Shown: piece by piece, positions 36,467 to 49,151 of the stretch
Position numbering within the stretch: the first letter of the stretch is position 1
Layout of the letters: every line of letters starts with the position of its first letter
DNA from: Massalongia carnosa
Taxonomy: Eukaryota
Assembly (NCBI GenBank): GCA_965645245.1
Contig: OZ287076.1
Coordinates: 1,798,001 to 1,862,000 of the forward strand
Direction: 5' to 3'
DNA: 64,000 bases
Program-made: the position numbers and the translations under genes
Notes under the pieces: model-generated
What the model was told of the DNA's origin: nothing
Databases searched by the model: none
Seen by the model: only the letters and a program-made list of their open reading frames with translations

Positions 36467-37466
36467 ATGGCTGACAAGATCAAAGAAGTCGCGGTCGAAG
36501 AGGCAGATCGCATTAGGTCACTTGCCAGCGAAGCAGCGCTTTCAGGAGCCTATCTCTATCCCATCAGGGTGAGCAGCCTTCCAAGTCGTGTGGCACAGAT
36601 GTGTCCCTTGTCTTCATTATGCCTGGAGATATTCCGCAACTGTTGGAGTATCTTGCTAATTTACTTCCGCGTAGGGGATTGCATACTTCGTTTCACATCG
36701 CTCGCTATGGAAGCCACTCACATCAAAGCTTACTCCTACAATCAGTTTAGGAGTTGGCATCACGACATTTATGTTTGTCTTTACCTACTTGCCGCAGATG
36801 GCAGTCATGGCTTTTACCAGCGGACCTCTGGCAGCCATAAGTGCAGCGGTGCTCGTCCTCAGCGAAAGCTCCACCATCTTCACCATTCTCAGCAAATCTT
36901 TCTTGATCGAGGACGCACTAGTAGATACTTTTGATGGAGTCCTTGTCTCGAAGAACACGACAGACCTTGTTTCTAGTGGCCGGCAAATTCATTCCGGAAT
37001 TGATCCAATCGCAAAGTTGGGAAAACTTGCCAAGAAGCCGTTTGCCAAGTTCACCCCGAAAGCTCTGATTAGATACTTTCTGTATCTGCCGTTAAATTTT
37101 ATACCTATTGTTGGCACGGCCATATTTGTTATTTTACAAGGCAGACGAGCAGGACCGGTAGCACATTCTCGGTATTTTCAATTAAAAGGGTGGAATAGTA
37201 CACAACAGGAAAAGCACATCGAGAAGCACAAAGCTGCTTATACTAGGTTTGTTGTTTACTCGTCTTTGGTCGCTTCTTTCTCATTGATTTGCCCTAGCTT
37301 CGGGATCGCCACTGTACTGCTCGAGTTGGTCCCTATCGCATCGATTATTTTTGCCTTCACCAATACTGTCGGTGCAGCATTGTGGGCGGCCGACATGGAG
37401 AAGGGGAACGTCAATGCACAAGGCACTGCACCAAACCTTAGAGAACAGGCTAAGAAAGCTGAGTGA
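36467..37466 (+). CDS. EI24-domain membrane protein (RRT8/LDS-like)
   Basis: AYLYPIR|GIAYF, LPLNFIPIVG, HSRYFQLKGW, LELVP..F.FTNTVGAALWAADME; introns ~36569-36674 and 37247-37297. Confidence 0.8.
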
Positions 37467-38457
37467 TGCTAGACGGTCATCTTCTGAACGCCGAATGAAG
37501 CGAACGTGCTATGAAAAACAATACTACGGGCGTGTATCAGGTTACAGTCTATTCCTCTATAACTGATACTGTTGTGTCAACTTCTTTGCTCCCAGTAGCA
37601 AGTGATTCTCTCTTTCACACCTAAGACTATCTCCCGTATACGAGACAATCGATCAAAGTATTTTTAATTCCTCAGAGGCTAGGTCTCCATGCTCATACAC
37701 TTTGTCCTCTTTCTCACCCTTTTTCCTCCCAAAATCGCCTTCCTCTGAAATGGCATCTCTGTCAGCGTCATTAGTTACCGTGATATCAAGTTCCTAAACC
37801 GATGACCATCCAACGTAAATTTTCATCTCCTTTTCTACCTCATGGCCATTGGCGATTTTTCATCCCCATCTCCAACTTTCTTACTATAAGGCATGCTAGA
37901 GATCGGCTTTCGCCTAACTCGACTTGTAGCTTTTGTTTGAGGACCTTCCCCCGCAATGTTGTTTCTTACCGTTGGTAGCGGCTGAATGCATGTGAGGGAG
38001 CACAATGGTTACACGGAACAAGACCAGTGGTGGTTGTCAACGAGGGTCGGCGGGTTCGACATCGTTCTGGATCGCCGTTACCCTAAGCCTGATCAAATCT
38101 CGCTTACAGTGAGTGACCTTTAGATCATAACACCAAAACATGTTGATATTCACTTCTGTCATATCTTTCTCTTCTTTCTCATATCAACAACAGCACCGAC
38201 ATTCAGCCTGGGACTTTGACCCCGTCATTCATTTGTAAATTGGGTATTATCCCCTTTCCACCTTTCCAAGGTCTTTCGGTTCAGCTGTCAGTCACTCATT
38301 AAGCATTCACTTCACCACTTTCATTGACCCTATTCGAACGATAATCCAAGTTCTTTTGGAAGACACGTACGTTCAGCGCTTGTTTTTCAGCCCTTGGGAC
38401 ACCTTCTCTTGTTAAGCCTTTGTCCAAGTATGCTGATTAAGTCCGCCTAGGCCTAGT

Positions 38458-41092
38458 ATGAAGCGCAAGCTGATGTTTTCCACCTTTGTGGCGATGGCTC
38501 ACGGCCTTGTCTTAATGGCTACTTTTTGTACAGCGCGTCCTCATACGCACGGTCATCATCATGATGAGTACCCGCGTCACGTTGCCTATCCTTCTTCAGC
38601 TAGCTCTGGCAGCAGCTTAATCCTCGCGCCTTCAGGAACAATCTGTGGTAGGATTGAAAAGCATACATACTTGGCAAAACTAAGCTTGGATATAGGCTCA
38701 AAAAATGGTCTCGCTATGGTCTCAGGGCTGACAGATGCATCTCTTGGGAATGCATTGCTACCACTAAACTTGACTGTCCATGTGCCCATCGCGCGTGCTA
38801 CGTCCGCACCCTTCCTAGGCAAGGCTTTGGGTGAACTGAAAGCTGTCCTGAAACCTTCAAAAAGTCCTTCGGGAAGCCTTTCATATCATCGTTCAGCTAG
38901 CCCTGTTGGTTATGCTCCTAGTCGCGCTCCAAACTCTGCTATTCCCGACATGCCCTCAGGCAAATCTAGCTGTAAGCATAGAAAGCCTTCTATTTTCTTT
39001 GTAATCCACTGACAGGAGTTTCGCAGACACATCAACTGGAAGCGCTATCGCAGTCTTACCAACTAACCATAGTGGCAAAGCCTTGGTACAGGCAACTTCG
39101 AAGGTACATTACTCGCTGAAGCTCTATTCTCCGCATTTCCTATCCTTCTCCCTATCTCAATATTTCATAAACTTTTATCAATGGTGGACACGCGACTGAT
39201 CACTGCGATCTTCAGAATCTTAACGTTAGCCCTATCTCAGGCCAGAAGTCTTGGCCCGCAATCCCAAGAGCTATCGCCATTCCACGCTGTCCAGCTGATA
39301 ATGGAACTATCTTTCAGACTGGAAACTCAACGACATATCAGGTTATCTGTGATGTTGACTTTCCTGATAATGACTATCCGTTCTTGCTGGTCAACTCCTA
39401 CTATAGTTGTGTTCAGGCGTGCGACGAGTTCAATGCTGAGGCTAGCGATACCCGATGTGTTTCAGCTTTGTTCGTGCCTAGCCGCTTACTTGATTCGGAC
39501 AATTGCTATCTTAAATCTTCCGTCAAACATCCAACAGTGGCGAAGGTAGGTATTGAAGGCGCAATTCTAGTAACTTCGACTACATCCGCATTTTCCGTGT
39601 CCACGTCAACTACAAGCAAATTAGCGGTTGCGCCCTTGAACAAGACGCCGACAGTTTCAGGGCCTGGAGTGACGTATGCATCAGGCAGCTCCATTATCGT
39701 ACCAGAAGTGGCAGACTCACATTTACATGGCCCAAGCCAGAATTTACCAACTACGCAGTATATCAATGTAACATCGCCTCCATTACTCACGCTGACTAAT
39801 AGTCTTCTTGTAACTGGCGTCAACGGCGATCTAAGTACAGGATATGACATTTCTCTTGACACGGGAATTCTTGAGGTCAACATTTCAACCCAATCCTATT
39901 TATCTCCTCTCAAGAACAAGCCTCATCTTTCCCGAGACGGCGGCCGTGGCGGTTACTTGAATGGGCAGCATCTATTCCTTTTCTGCGACACCGGCTCATA
40001 CACAACCACTACCTCATCCTCCAGCGGAAATTTCCTTGGCTTTGTTTCAAGCTCTGTTGCCATTGATGTCGGCATGAGCGGCCTCACTGGCAAGCCTCTG
40101 AAACTTCAGGATGGCATTGGCGAGTGGAGCGATGATGCAGGACGCATGCGATCGTTTGCTCCATTGACGCAGGGGGAACAAAGCTATAATCAGGTCATGC
40201 AAGGCGAAGGCCAGCGATATGCCATTTGGCCGGAAGCTTCCATTATACCTTTAGATGCCGAGACTGCCCTTGTGTATGCTCCCATAGTCTACGACAATGT
40301 CAATCAGGGCACTCGAGCTGCTGTATTTACCTATACCGGCACCACCTTGCTCTCCATAACTGCCAACGGCAAGGGAGGTCCTGTAGCTGAACGGATAGTT
40401 CCTAAGATCTTTTCTCAAGATGATATCGAATGGGGCTGTTCGGGCGGCATTCGGTCATGGGGCCCTTCTGGAATCGGCGGTATGGATGGCAAAGTATACG
40501 TCTTTGGCAATGTTCAGGGTGGTATTTTACTCGGTAGAACGTCACCAGGAGATGTGGCAAACCGTGACTCGGTAAGATCTTAGCTCCTGTTAAGGGATGT
40601 GCACTGATATCTATACAGTATGAGTACTGGGATGGAGATAGCTGGAGCTCAACGCCGCCGGAACAATCGTCGAAGGCTTTCTTCATTTCAGGCCCCTTTA
40701 TGGATGTCGATATCTTCTACTCACCCCGTCATTTGACATTCATCGCCGTGTATCTCACGATCTACGCGGATAGCACCTTTTACTACCGATATCTCGAATC
40801 TGATCGGCCAGTGCTACCTCCATATGCTCCCGGTGGGAACACGGCAGACGATTTCGTGGCGAACATTCTGAGATTCAAATGGTCTGATGAGAAAGTTCTG
40901 TACAAGGCCTCGCCGGGCCTGAGCGGAAAATACATTTATGCGGGTGGCGTCCACAAAGGGTATTATGGCTCGGATGATATTACGAACGGCGGCTCGAGGA
41001 TGCTACTCAGCTGGACTGCTCCTACCGGCCTGGATCCTTCATCGATTTCAAGCGAGTATCAGTTGGTCACCGCCGGGATCGACTGGGCTTAA
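38458..41092 (+). CDS. Secreted multi-domain protein: Ser-rich linker, PAN/apple-like Cys domain, DUF4185-like propeller domain
   Basis: Signal-like N-terminus; CPADNGT..YQVICDVDF..SCVQACD..CVSALF..NCYLKS (PAN-like); LFLFCDT, YVFG, YEYWDG.SW. Introns ~38972-39027, 39104-39215, 40572-40617. Confidence 0.7.
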
Positions 41093-43328
41093 CAGAGAAG
41101 GCAATATCCGTCACTTCAGATGAGTTTGTTAATGTTCACGGCGTTATGAGCATGGACTCATCTTCGCTGACTCATCTTCTGGATATATCCTGGGATACAA
41201 AACCCAGTCGATTTCGTCGAGCTTTTTCTTTTCGATCTGTACTGGTCATTCGTGACATTATGCTTTGAGAAAATTGGGGTGAAATCAAGTAGCCGAGGAA
41301 CTTTTATCTTGAACGAATGTCTGGTTGGCCATGTTTTTCGACGCACTAACAAAGGTTATCAGGCGTATTTACTGTATGTTTTCCAGGAGCGTAGCTTGCT
41401 GCTGGCAGTGATGACGCTTTGGTGGTACATACAAGCTAGGTTCCGGGTTCATTTTGTATCGAAGATATGGTTGGCGGGGCTTTTACAGTTCTCAAGCAGG
41501 GAGAGATAGGCTAGGCAGGCAGGCAGTTTCGATAGTTTGCGGCGGATAGGTTAAACTATGGATGAAAGGGAAAGAATATGAAAACAGTTTGTCATTCTGC
41601 TGCCGAGAGCTGCACGTGAGAGAGACATCGGGAACCTGTTCACCCCCCCGTGCAAATACCTACTACTCTAATCCAGGTGAGCGTGAAAGCGCGGTTTCGT
41701 TATCCAGGAGTCTATATGCTTCTTCTAAATATGCACATGCGCGCATACAGAGAGAGGCGGGCGGGAGGGAGGGAGGGAGGGAGGGAGGGGGAGGCATGCG
41801 ATATCGGAAATTCATCCATTCATTCGTCAACAGGCATGCTTTGAATTCTCTCCTCCCCCCATTCTTGTAAACGATTCTTCCTCTTCCTCTTCATCTTCTT
41901 TTCTTCTCCTCCGTCCCCTTTTTTCTCTAGTTCTTTCCATGTCCTTCCCCACACCACCCCCCTGAAAAATCAGCAACACAGAGAGCGAAAAAGAAAAGAC
42001 CAAAAAAGGGGGCTGGGGGATGTTTTGATTGATAGATAGATATGGTGGGTTCGTTAATTGGTCGAGATGAGAGGAAAGGAATTTGAGAAAGAGTGAGAGA
42101 GTGGGAGAGTGGGAGAAAAGGCATAGAGAAATATCGGAAAAACGAAGGTTGGTAAAATAGAGAGATATGTAACTATGTAGTAAATAAGTAGGAGAAGAAG
42201 AACCAAAAAAAATTAAAAAAAGACCTGTCAACCTGAATAGGGGGAGTTCCAAAAAAAAAACTAAACACACTCGTCGTTCATCTGTGTCAAAAACCCCACA
42301 ACATCTCACGCAAAGCACACCCGTGAGACCGACATCATGTGCCGGTACCAATCCGAATTATTACCTAGCTAGAGTGCCTAGCTACCACACAACCAAGCTA
42401 CATATCTGCCCAAGGAAAACATAAAACAGTCGCACGCCCCCCCCCCGTCGCAGCCAGCAGGCATAGCAGTCGACAATGGAACCACCTCGGAAGCCGCCCT
42501 CCATAGCCATCCATCCATCCCTTCCTAACTTCTACCCCTCGAGAGTCGTTTCCAAGGGAGGAAACGCGCCCTCATGTCTGCTCCGCGGTGTTGAGCCCCG
42601 CTTGAAATCTAGCAGCGAAAGTCGCACTCAAACCTGCCCTTGTTGCTTCCTCTCCTGACCAATTTGCTTCTTCCCCTCCGCACCCACCTCCTCACCACGC
42701 CCTCTGCTATGCCTGCTTGGAAGGAAATTTCATGATTAATTCGAACTGATTGCTGGGGAAAAGGAAAACGTGCACGCGGGATCATCATAATAAGCGACTC
42801 ACGGGGGGGGGGGTGGGGAATTAATGCTGTAAAGAAATTCAAGACCGGAAGGTGATAAGCTCCGGGGGGGGGGGGGTCCACGGTCTCGGCGGCCCAACTG
42901 GCGACGAGCGAGCGAGCAAGCTCGAAGCCACCAAGGTTTGGTGTTCATCCATCGTCCTAGCCATGACCTTGCTATTGCGGGATTATATAGCAAGTTCCAG
43001 ATATTGCGAGCCATCGGCGTGCCATTCATACGTCCAAGATCCCGTTGGTCCGATACTGAAACATCCGAGGGGAGTTTGGCGAGCCCAGATGTTCCCACGA
43101 GACGCAACGAAGTCAACAGGCGACGAGCCAAGGGATACCGAAGGAAACGGTTCATGAGATGCAACATAAGGAGCGGATGCCGAGAAAAGAGAATCGTGTA
43201 TACCACCAAAGGAACAGGCTCAAGGTCCTGGGGGGGGGGGGTTCCGTAAATCTTAGAACGACCGGCGAGGAGTTTCGGGAAGCCATGGGCAAACAGTCAT
43301 CCCAATCCCATCGCCGTTCTCCGACCGA

Positions 43329-45114
43329 TCAATACCACCCACCAGCGCCAGTCTGCTCCTCACGCTTCACCCGGTAAGCGGCAGCGCCAGATCCAGCGAA
43401 TCCGGTACCTGCAACACCTTTTGAAGCCGAACGTAGCCTAACGTCGAAGACTGTGGTATTAGTCAGAATTCATCCTCATGTTCCCACCACGCCCAGCGTG
43501 ATTCGGCGATCAGGCACCAAACGCAGAGGGAAAGAGTTCCTTACAAGGAACCGAGGTTTTGGCAAAAAACTCACATCCGATCGCTTCCTCCCACCGCGCG
43601 GTTCGTGTCAGGGGTGTCGACGCCACCCAGACGACTCGCCGCGCGCTCGACGACTTTGCGACGTTGGCTGGAAATGGCCCCTGGCTTGCTGGCCGAGGAG
43701 TTGTTCTGCGGGGTGGGACCGCCCGCGGTGGCGGCGTTCGTCCCCGCCGCATGGCGACGGGCGGGTTTCTCGTCCTCGTCCGGGTTCGCGGCTTGCGCGT
43801 TCCCGGCGGCCGCAATGGCTTGTGCGTTCTTCTGGTACTTGTAGACCGTCCAATCGAAGACGTAGTCGTACTGGAAGCCCTCGCGCACGAACAGGTCCCG
43901 GAAGATCTTGCGGAGGTAGGAATAATCCGGCTTGTCGTCAAAGCGTAGCGAGCGGGTGTAGTTGAGATAGATGGCAAACTCGTTGGGAAAGCCACGGCAG
44001 AGCACCTCGGTCGGGGTGGTCATCTTCTTCTCCATGATGCGATCGTACTTCTGCTTCTTGGTGGCCGCCTTGAGCCCTTGCCACGGGAGAGAGCCACGGC
44101 AGAAATAGAGCATGACGTATCCAAGGGACTCCATGTCGTCACGACGGGATTGCTCTGCATCGCGTTAGCGAGACGACGGGGGGGAAACACACGGTGACCG
44201 TGTTGCTCACCGACACCCAAGTGCGTGTTAATGCTCGCATAACGGGCCGTTCCCGTCAGGTTCTTGTTCTCACGGTATGGGATGTGAAAATGCGTCTTGG
44301 GGTCACGATACTTCTTGGCCAACCCAAAGTCGATGACGTTGACCTGATTTCCACGCTTTCCGATGCCCATCAGGAAATTGTCCGGCTTGATGTCACGATG
44401 AATGAACGACTTGGCATGGATGTACTCGATGCGGGAAATCAGCTGATCGGCCAGCAACAACACCGTCTTCAAGGAGAATTTGCGGTTGCAAAAGTTGAAA
44501 AGATCCTCCAAACTCGGCCCGAGCAGATCGAGAACCATGGCGTTGTAATCGCACTCCGTCCCAAACCAGCGAACAAACGGAATGCCGACGCCTCCCGCGA
44601 GCGACTTGTAGACGCGAGCTTCATATTCGAGCTGCGGATGCTTGGCTTTGACGCTCTCTAGTTTGATGGCGATTTCTTCGCCCGAGATGATGTTGGTCCC
44701 TGTGGAGAAGCGTCAGCCCGGACCATGGTTCCCTTGGACCCACGCTTGCTCACCAAGATAGATGTCGCCAAAGCTTCCGCTGCCGATCTTACGTCCGATG
44801 CGGTACTTGTTGCCCACGCGGAGATCCTATCGCACATGACATCCGAGTCAGCAGAGTGATCCCCATCGAAACGTGACGCGAGGAGGAGGAGGAGGGCCGG
44901 AGCTCGTCAACGAGGTGGGGGGACAATGAACGGGGGATGTGGTGGCAACACCGCCTTCGCCGAGCGCTCCCACATCGTGCCGCAACCCGTGACGAACACC
45001 CCACGACCAAAGGGACGACAAGGCAAAGTGTGATGGGCATTTATATGAGAGAGGGGCTGTAACCAGAGGGTTGGATTTCGACGTTGAAGCGGCTGAACCC
45101 ACCATTGTGGTCAT
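43329..45114 (-). CDS. HRR25: Casein kinase I, delta/epsilon-like (Hrr25/Hhp1)
   Basis: [74 protein letters not shown]. Introns 44827-45102, 44700-44753, 44155-44210, and ~43438(or 43451)-43574. Confidence 0.97.
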
Positions 45115-45517
45115 GTTGACGGGGGGGTGGCGACGATCACGTCACCGTCACGAGGCTGCACGGTATGCTGATGATCGTCGTTTCGATGGTGGAGGTAGGA
45201 GGTAGCAGGGAGGAGATTGCTGCAGTCGTGGGGGATGGGGTGGTGGTGTGGGATGGGTTGGAGAAAAGGCCGGAACGGATGGTGCTGGTCTTTGGGGGGG
45301 AGGTGGAGAATTCCGCCTGGAAGATTTTTGTTGGGGGATAACGTTAGCCGTGTTGGACCCACTGCAACGACCGTGACAATCAGGCGGTGAGGACAAGGCG
45401 GGGCAAGATTCCACTTGGGCGAGCGTCTAGCCGCAAGTGACTGTTGATGATGAAGAGCAGATGACGATGGAACATGGGAAAGCGTAACGGGGTAACGGGG
45501 TAACAGAGGGTAACAGA

Positions 45518-45605
45518 GGGTAAAAGGGTAAAAGGGTAAAAGGGTAAAAGGGTAAAAGGGTAAAAGGGTAAAAGGGTAAAAGGGGAAAAGGGTAAAAGGG
45601 TAAAA
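45518..45605 (+). repeat. (GGGTAAAA)x11 microsatellite
   Basis: Eleven 8-mers (one variant GGGGAAAA), preceded by GGGTAAC-type variants from ~45484. Confidence 0.95.
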
Positions 45606-45992
45606 TTGCAAATGCAACAGAGAGCAGTAGCTAACTAGTTGCTGATTGCCAGGGCCATTTGCGGTCACGTACCTTTGTCCTGAAGCTGACGGGAAATGGT
45701 CAAGCGATGAACAATGAAAAGCGGGTTTTGGTTGCGTTTGGTGGAGATTTCCGACCGGAAAAGGTGTGACACGCGTAAATGAGGATTAATACGGGGAGCC
45801 AGAGAGGTGCAGGCCTACGCTACTCGGTATACGGAAAGAGGGAAGAAGAGGGAAGGAGGGAAGAAGGACGAGGGAAGGAGACGAGCTGTTTTTGCAAGAT
45901 CCGATTTCCTGCGCGGAGAGGACGTTTGGATCTGGGATGAAGGACGAGGGGAGGAAGTTGCACGGTCAGTTTAGTCTCCAGGTTCGAACTAG

Positions 45993-46079
45993 TATTTAGG
46001 TCCTATTTAGGTCCTGTTTAGGTCCTGTTTAGGTCCTATTTAGGTCCTGTTTAGGTCCTATTTAGGTCCTATTTAGGTC
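45993..46079 (+). repeat. 11-bp tandem repeat T(A/G)TTTAGGTCC, about 8 copies
   Basis: Directly visible tandem array upstream of CK1. Confidence 0.95.
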
Positions 46080-47499
46080 GAATTTTGCAAGTTCTACTTT
46101 GTAAGGTGGACGGACATTCCCGTATTCTGGAGTGTGCGGGCAAGATTAGCTCAGGAGACGCTAACCATAAACGGAGCAGGTCAGGCTGAAAAGGAAAAAA
46201 AGTCTGTTCAGGGATGGACGGGATGGCACTGGATGGCACTGGATGATGGGTGAGACAAGTCAAGTCGGGAAAAGTGGAAAAAAGGCAGGAGGGACGAGCA
46301 AAGCGACGAAAAAGCCGAAAAACTAGGGCGAATTCCCCCCCTTTCCTCTGCCTCGCTCAGGAATCAAGAATCAGGCAAAAATCACATTCCAATCAAATCA
46401 GGCAAAGAATGGATACGATCGTTGACGCCTAAGTGAATGGATTCCGCGTTCGACGTTTCCGTTCATCGTTCCTCATAGGTACAGAGGAACATTGGGCATG
46501 TACAGGTCATTCATCTCTATTAATAAAAACGCCGCCAGCAGGGGGCGTCGTTTAATCCCGCACCACCCAGACAGCGGTGGGAAAAGGTCGAGACTTTTCT
46601 GACTGGTCGTAAGGCTGGAATCCATTCGTCCCGTTAACTGCGTTACTGCATGAAGGGAAACCATCCCCGGCAAAACCTGACGCAGCAAGAAAACGTGCCT
46701 CGTGAAATTCCCTCGAACCCTCGACCCTCGACCTTCGAAACGAGTCAAGCAAAGTTGCGGGGATAGAGCACCGTACCCTAGTCATAGCATGGTCGTGTCC
46801 CGTATGTTCCGCTCTCTACCAAGTACGCGACAGACGTGCAAAGATGTGGCTAGGTAGATGACCTGGCGACCACCAAACGCATGTGGAACTGTGGCTCAAT
46901 GAGTGCTCGTATCGAGAAAAGGTGAAAGGAAGGACGTACGACGTACGTCGTACGCTAGTGTACAATACTCCACACGCCGTACGGAGTACAGAGCAACTAA
47001 ACGGTGGGGTAACGACTCGGTACGGAGTACAAAGTTCCGACCCCCAAACGAAGCTCAACACATGCATACCCGAGGGACTGACCCAATGACATAACCAACT
47101 GTAAAAGGGAAACCAATACGTTCAGCTTGGAGATGCCATCGTGGTCCGGCTTTCCGGTCCCCCCCCCCCAATCGAATCACCATCCCGTGGCACCGCCCAA
47201 CGCTACCGTCCGGATGCATCCAGCATAAGCGTCCGTTTGCGCGATGAACCAACCGCATAGGCCCACGACTTCGACCACCAAAACACGTCGGAACCCCAGG
47301 GACCGGATCGTCGACGCCTCCGGTGGAACTGGCATCATCACGCGCTCGGTGGGATTGAGGAACGCAACGGCGAATGGGGAAACCATGCTTCTGCCAGGAG
47401 CGCCCTGGTGCTGGGTGCGGCGGGCCTGATACATACACGAAACAATTCACCGGATGACGGCCATGATCACCTCGCCGCCAACTCCCCCCCGGCTCGTGG

Positions 47500-49151
47500 A
47501 CGGAAGTCGGCTTGGGCGAGCACCGCCCCGTTCGAGCAATCACGTGGTGACCGGGAAGACTGCTCTTGCTTCAGCCCAACTCGGCCAGCCTTGCGAAGGC
47601 CTATAACACCAAGCAAACACCTACTCAGCGTAGCCCCTGAAAGCCGTCCAGAAAACGACTTGGTAACCTGCCAGAAGCGCGGCAGGCGAGCCCTTGACCG
47701 CATAGACGCTGTGATCGGTCACGGACGACGAGATGGCGGCCATCAGGGCCAACCCCACCGAACTGCCAGGTTGAGCAATGGTGTTGAACACGGCGCCCGC
47801 GAGTGCCTGGGTCTCGTCGGGAAATCCATCGGTGATGATGAGATTAGACACCGTGAAAAGAACTGCGTGACCGGACAGTTAGCGAGGAAGGTCTTCATTC
47901 CGGTTTGCTGAAGCTTTGCCCGACGAAAGATACGCACCATCAGCCGATAGAGGCCCTAGGAGCACGGCCTAGAACTCCGCATACCAATACGACCACCGTG
48001 GGTGGAGAACTGCCATGAGCAACGGCGCCGTGGCACTTGTCAGCGACGTCACAAGGACAAGATGCTTCGCTGAAAGCCTGTGGACAAACAAGCTGGTGGA
48101 GATGTTGAGGAATGCTCCAAAGATGACGTTAGGTAAGAAGCGAAGCGAAGCGACGTCTGGATTTGCAGATAGTCCCTGAACCTTTTGAAAGCTGAGCTGG
48201 TTAGACCAACTTCATCCAGCGCAGGTGATGCCGCCAAAGCGGGACGGACAGGAGACTTACTAAAGGCTTCGGAACCATTTAATTGTGTTCAACACAGCCC
48301 AGGAAAATAGAATCATCAAACAGATGGCAGCAAATACGTTCTTTTTCCATAGGGAGTCGGGAATCAACGCAGCTTTCCCCAACCGTTCTTGGCGAGCCAT
48401 TCAGAATATGAACACAGGGATTATTGCCCCTGCAACGCTCAGAAGCGCATTATTAGATGCATCTCGTAGCCGTGAGGCGCTCTACATCACCATACTAATC
48501 CCAGGTAGCATCAGCGGACCGGGCAGTAGAGTGTCATCCGAGAAACTCACGCCAAAACGTACGAAAGCATCGCAGGCTAGCATAAACATTGCATGTAGAA
48601 GGTATCCCACAAGAAAGATTATCTGGTTGCCTACAAGGTCGGCTACGGAGCCTGCAATTAGCAAAGAGCAGCCGGTTTTCAGCCTATGAAAAATGTTGTT
48701 GATGACCAAACCCCGAGGATGGTCCTAGTGGCACCTACGAATACACGGCAGCGGGCTTATAAGTAGCCGTTAGCTACCTGGAGATAACTGAACGGTCAAA
48801 GAAAGAAGGACCATATCCCCCCAAAGCGAAATCGCTCGCATGCAACACCCCCTCCCCTCCCAGAGCAGCTTACCATAATAGAAGCTCCCCCGCTAACCCC
48901 AAATCTTCCACCATCCGCGCGATCCCCACCGTCAAAAGGCCCGTCCCCATGCTGCTCACGGGCGAGATGCCCGTCAGCGTCGTGATCACGCTGGCAGCCC
49001 GCGCGTTCGAGAGTGAAGCCGCGAGCGGCGACTCTTCGACCCGAAGGATGGATCGGCGGCGGCTGTTATGCGGGCTGGGAGTGCGCGCCTCGAACGGGCT
49101 CGGGCGCATGGCAGTGGCCTCCACGGCCGTGAGGGCAGCTTTTTGGGACAT
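47500..49151 (-). pseudogene. MFS drug:H+ antiporter (DHA2-like) pseudogene
   Basis: Exon 1 ..SSMGTGLLTVGIARMVEDLGLAGELLLW; GCSLLIAGSVADLVG; ALIPDSLWKK; NLIITDGFPDETQALAGAVFNTIAQ.G.SVGLA; LLAGYQVVFW. Fragments lie in several frames with stops and appear too short for 14 TMs. 3' end approximate. Confidence 0.8.

Noticed and set aside
43453..44661. Long + strand ORFs over CK1 (similar ones over the esterase and ACR3)
   Set aside because: Antisense shadows of GC-rich coding sequence.
45484..45605. Telomere-like repeat
   Set aside because: The unit is GGGTAAAA/TTTTACCC, not TTAGGG or TTTTAGGG, and it is internal; treated as a microsatellite.
45111..45668. 185-aa ORF with FYPFTLLP repeats
   Set aside because: Translation of the 8-bp microsatellite and UTR/intron sequence; no protein-like features.
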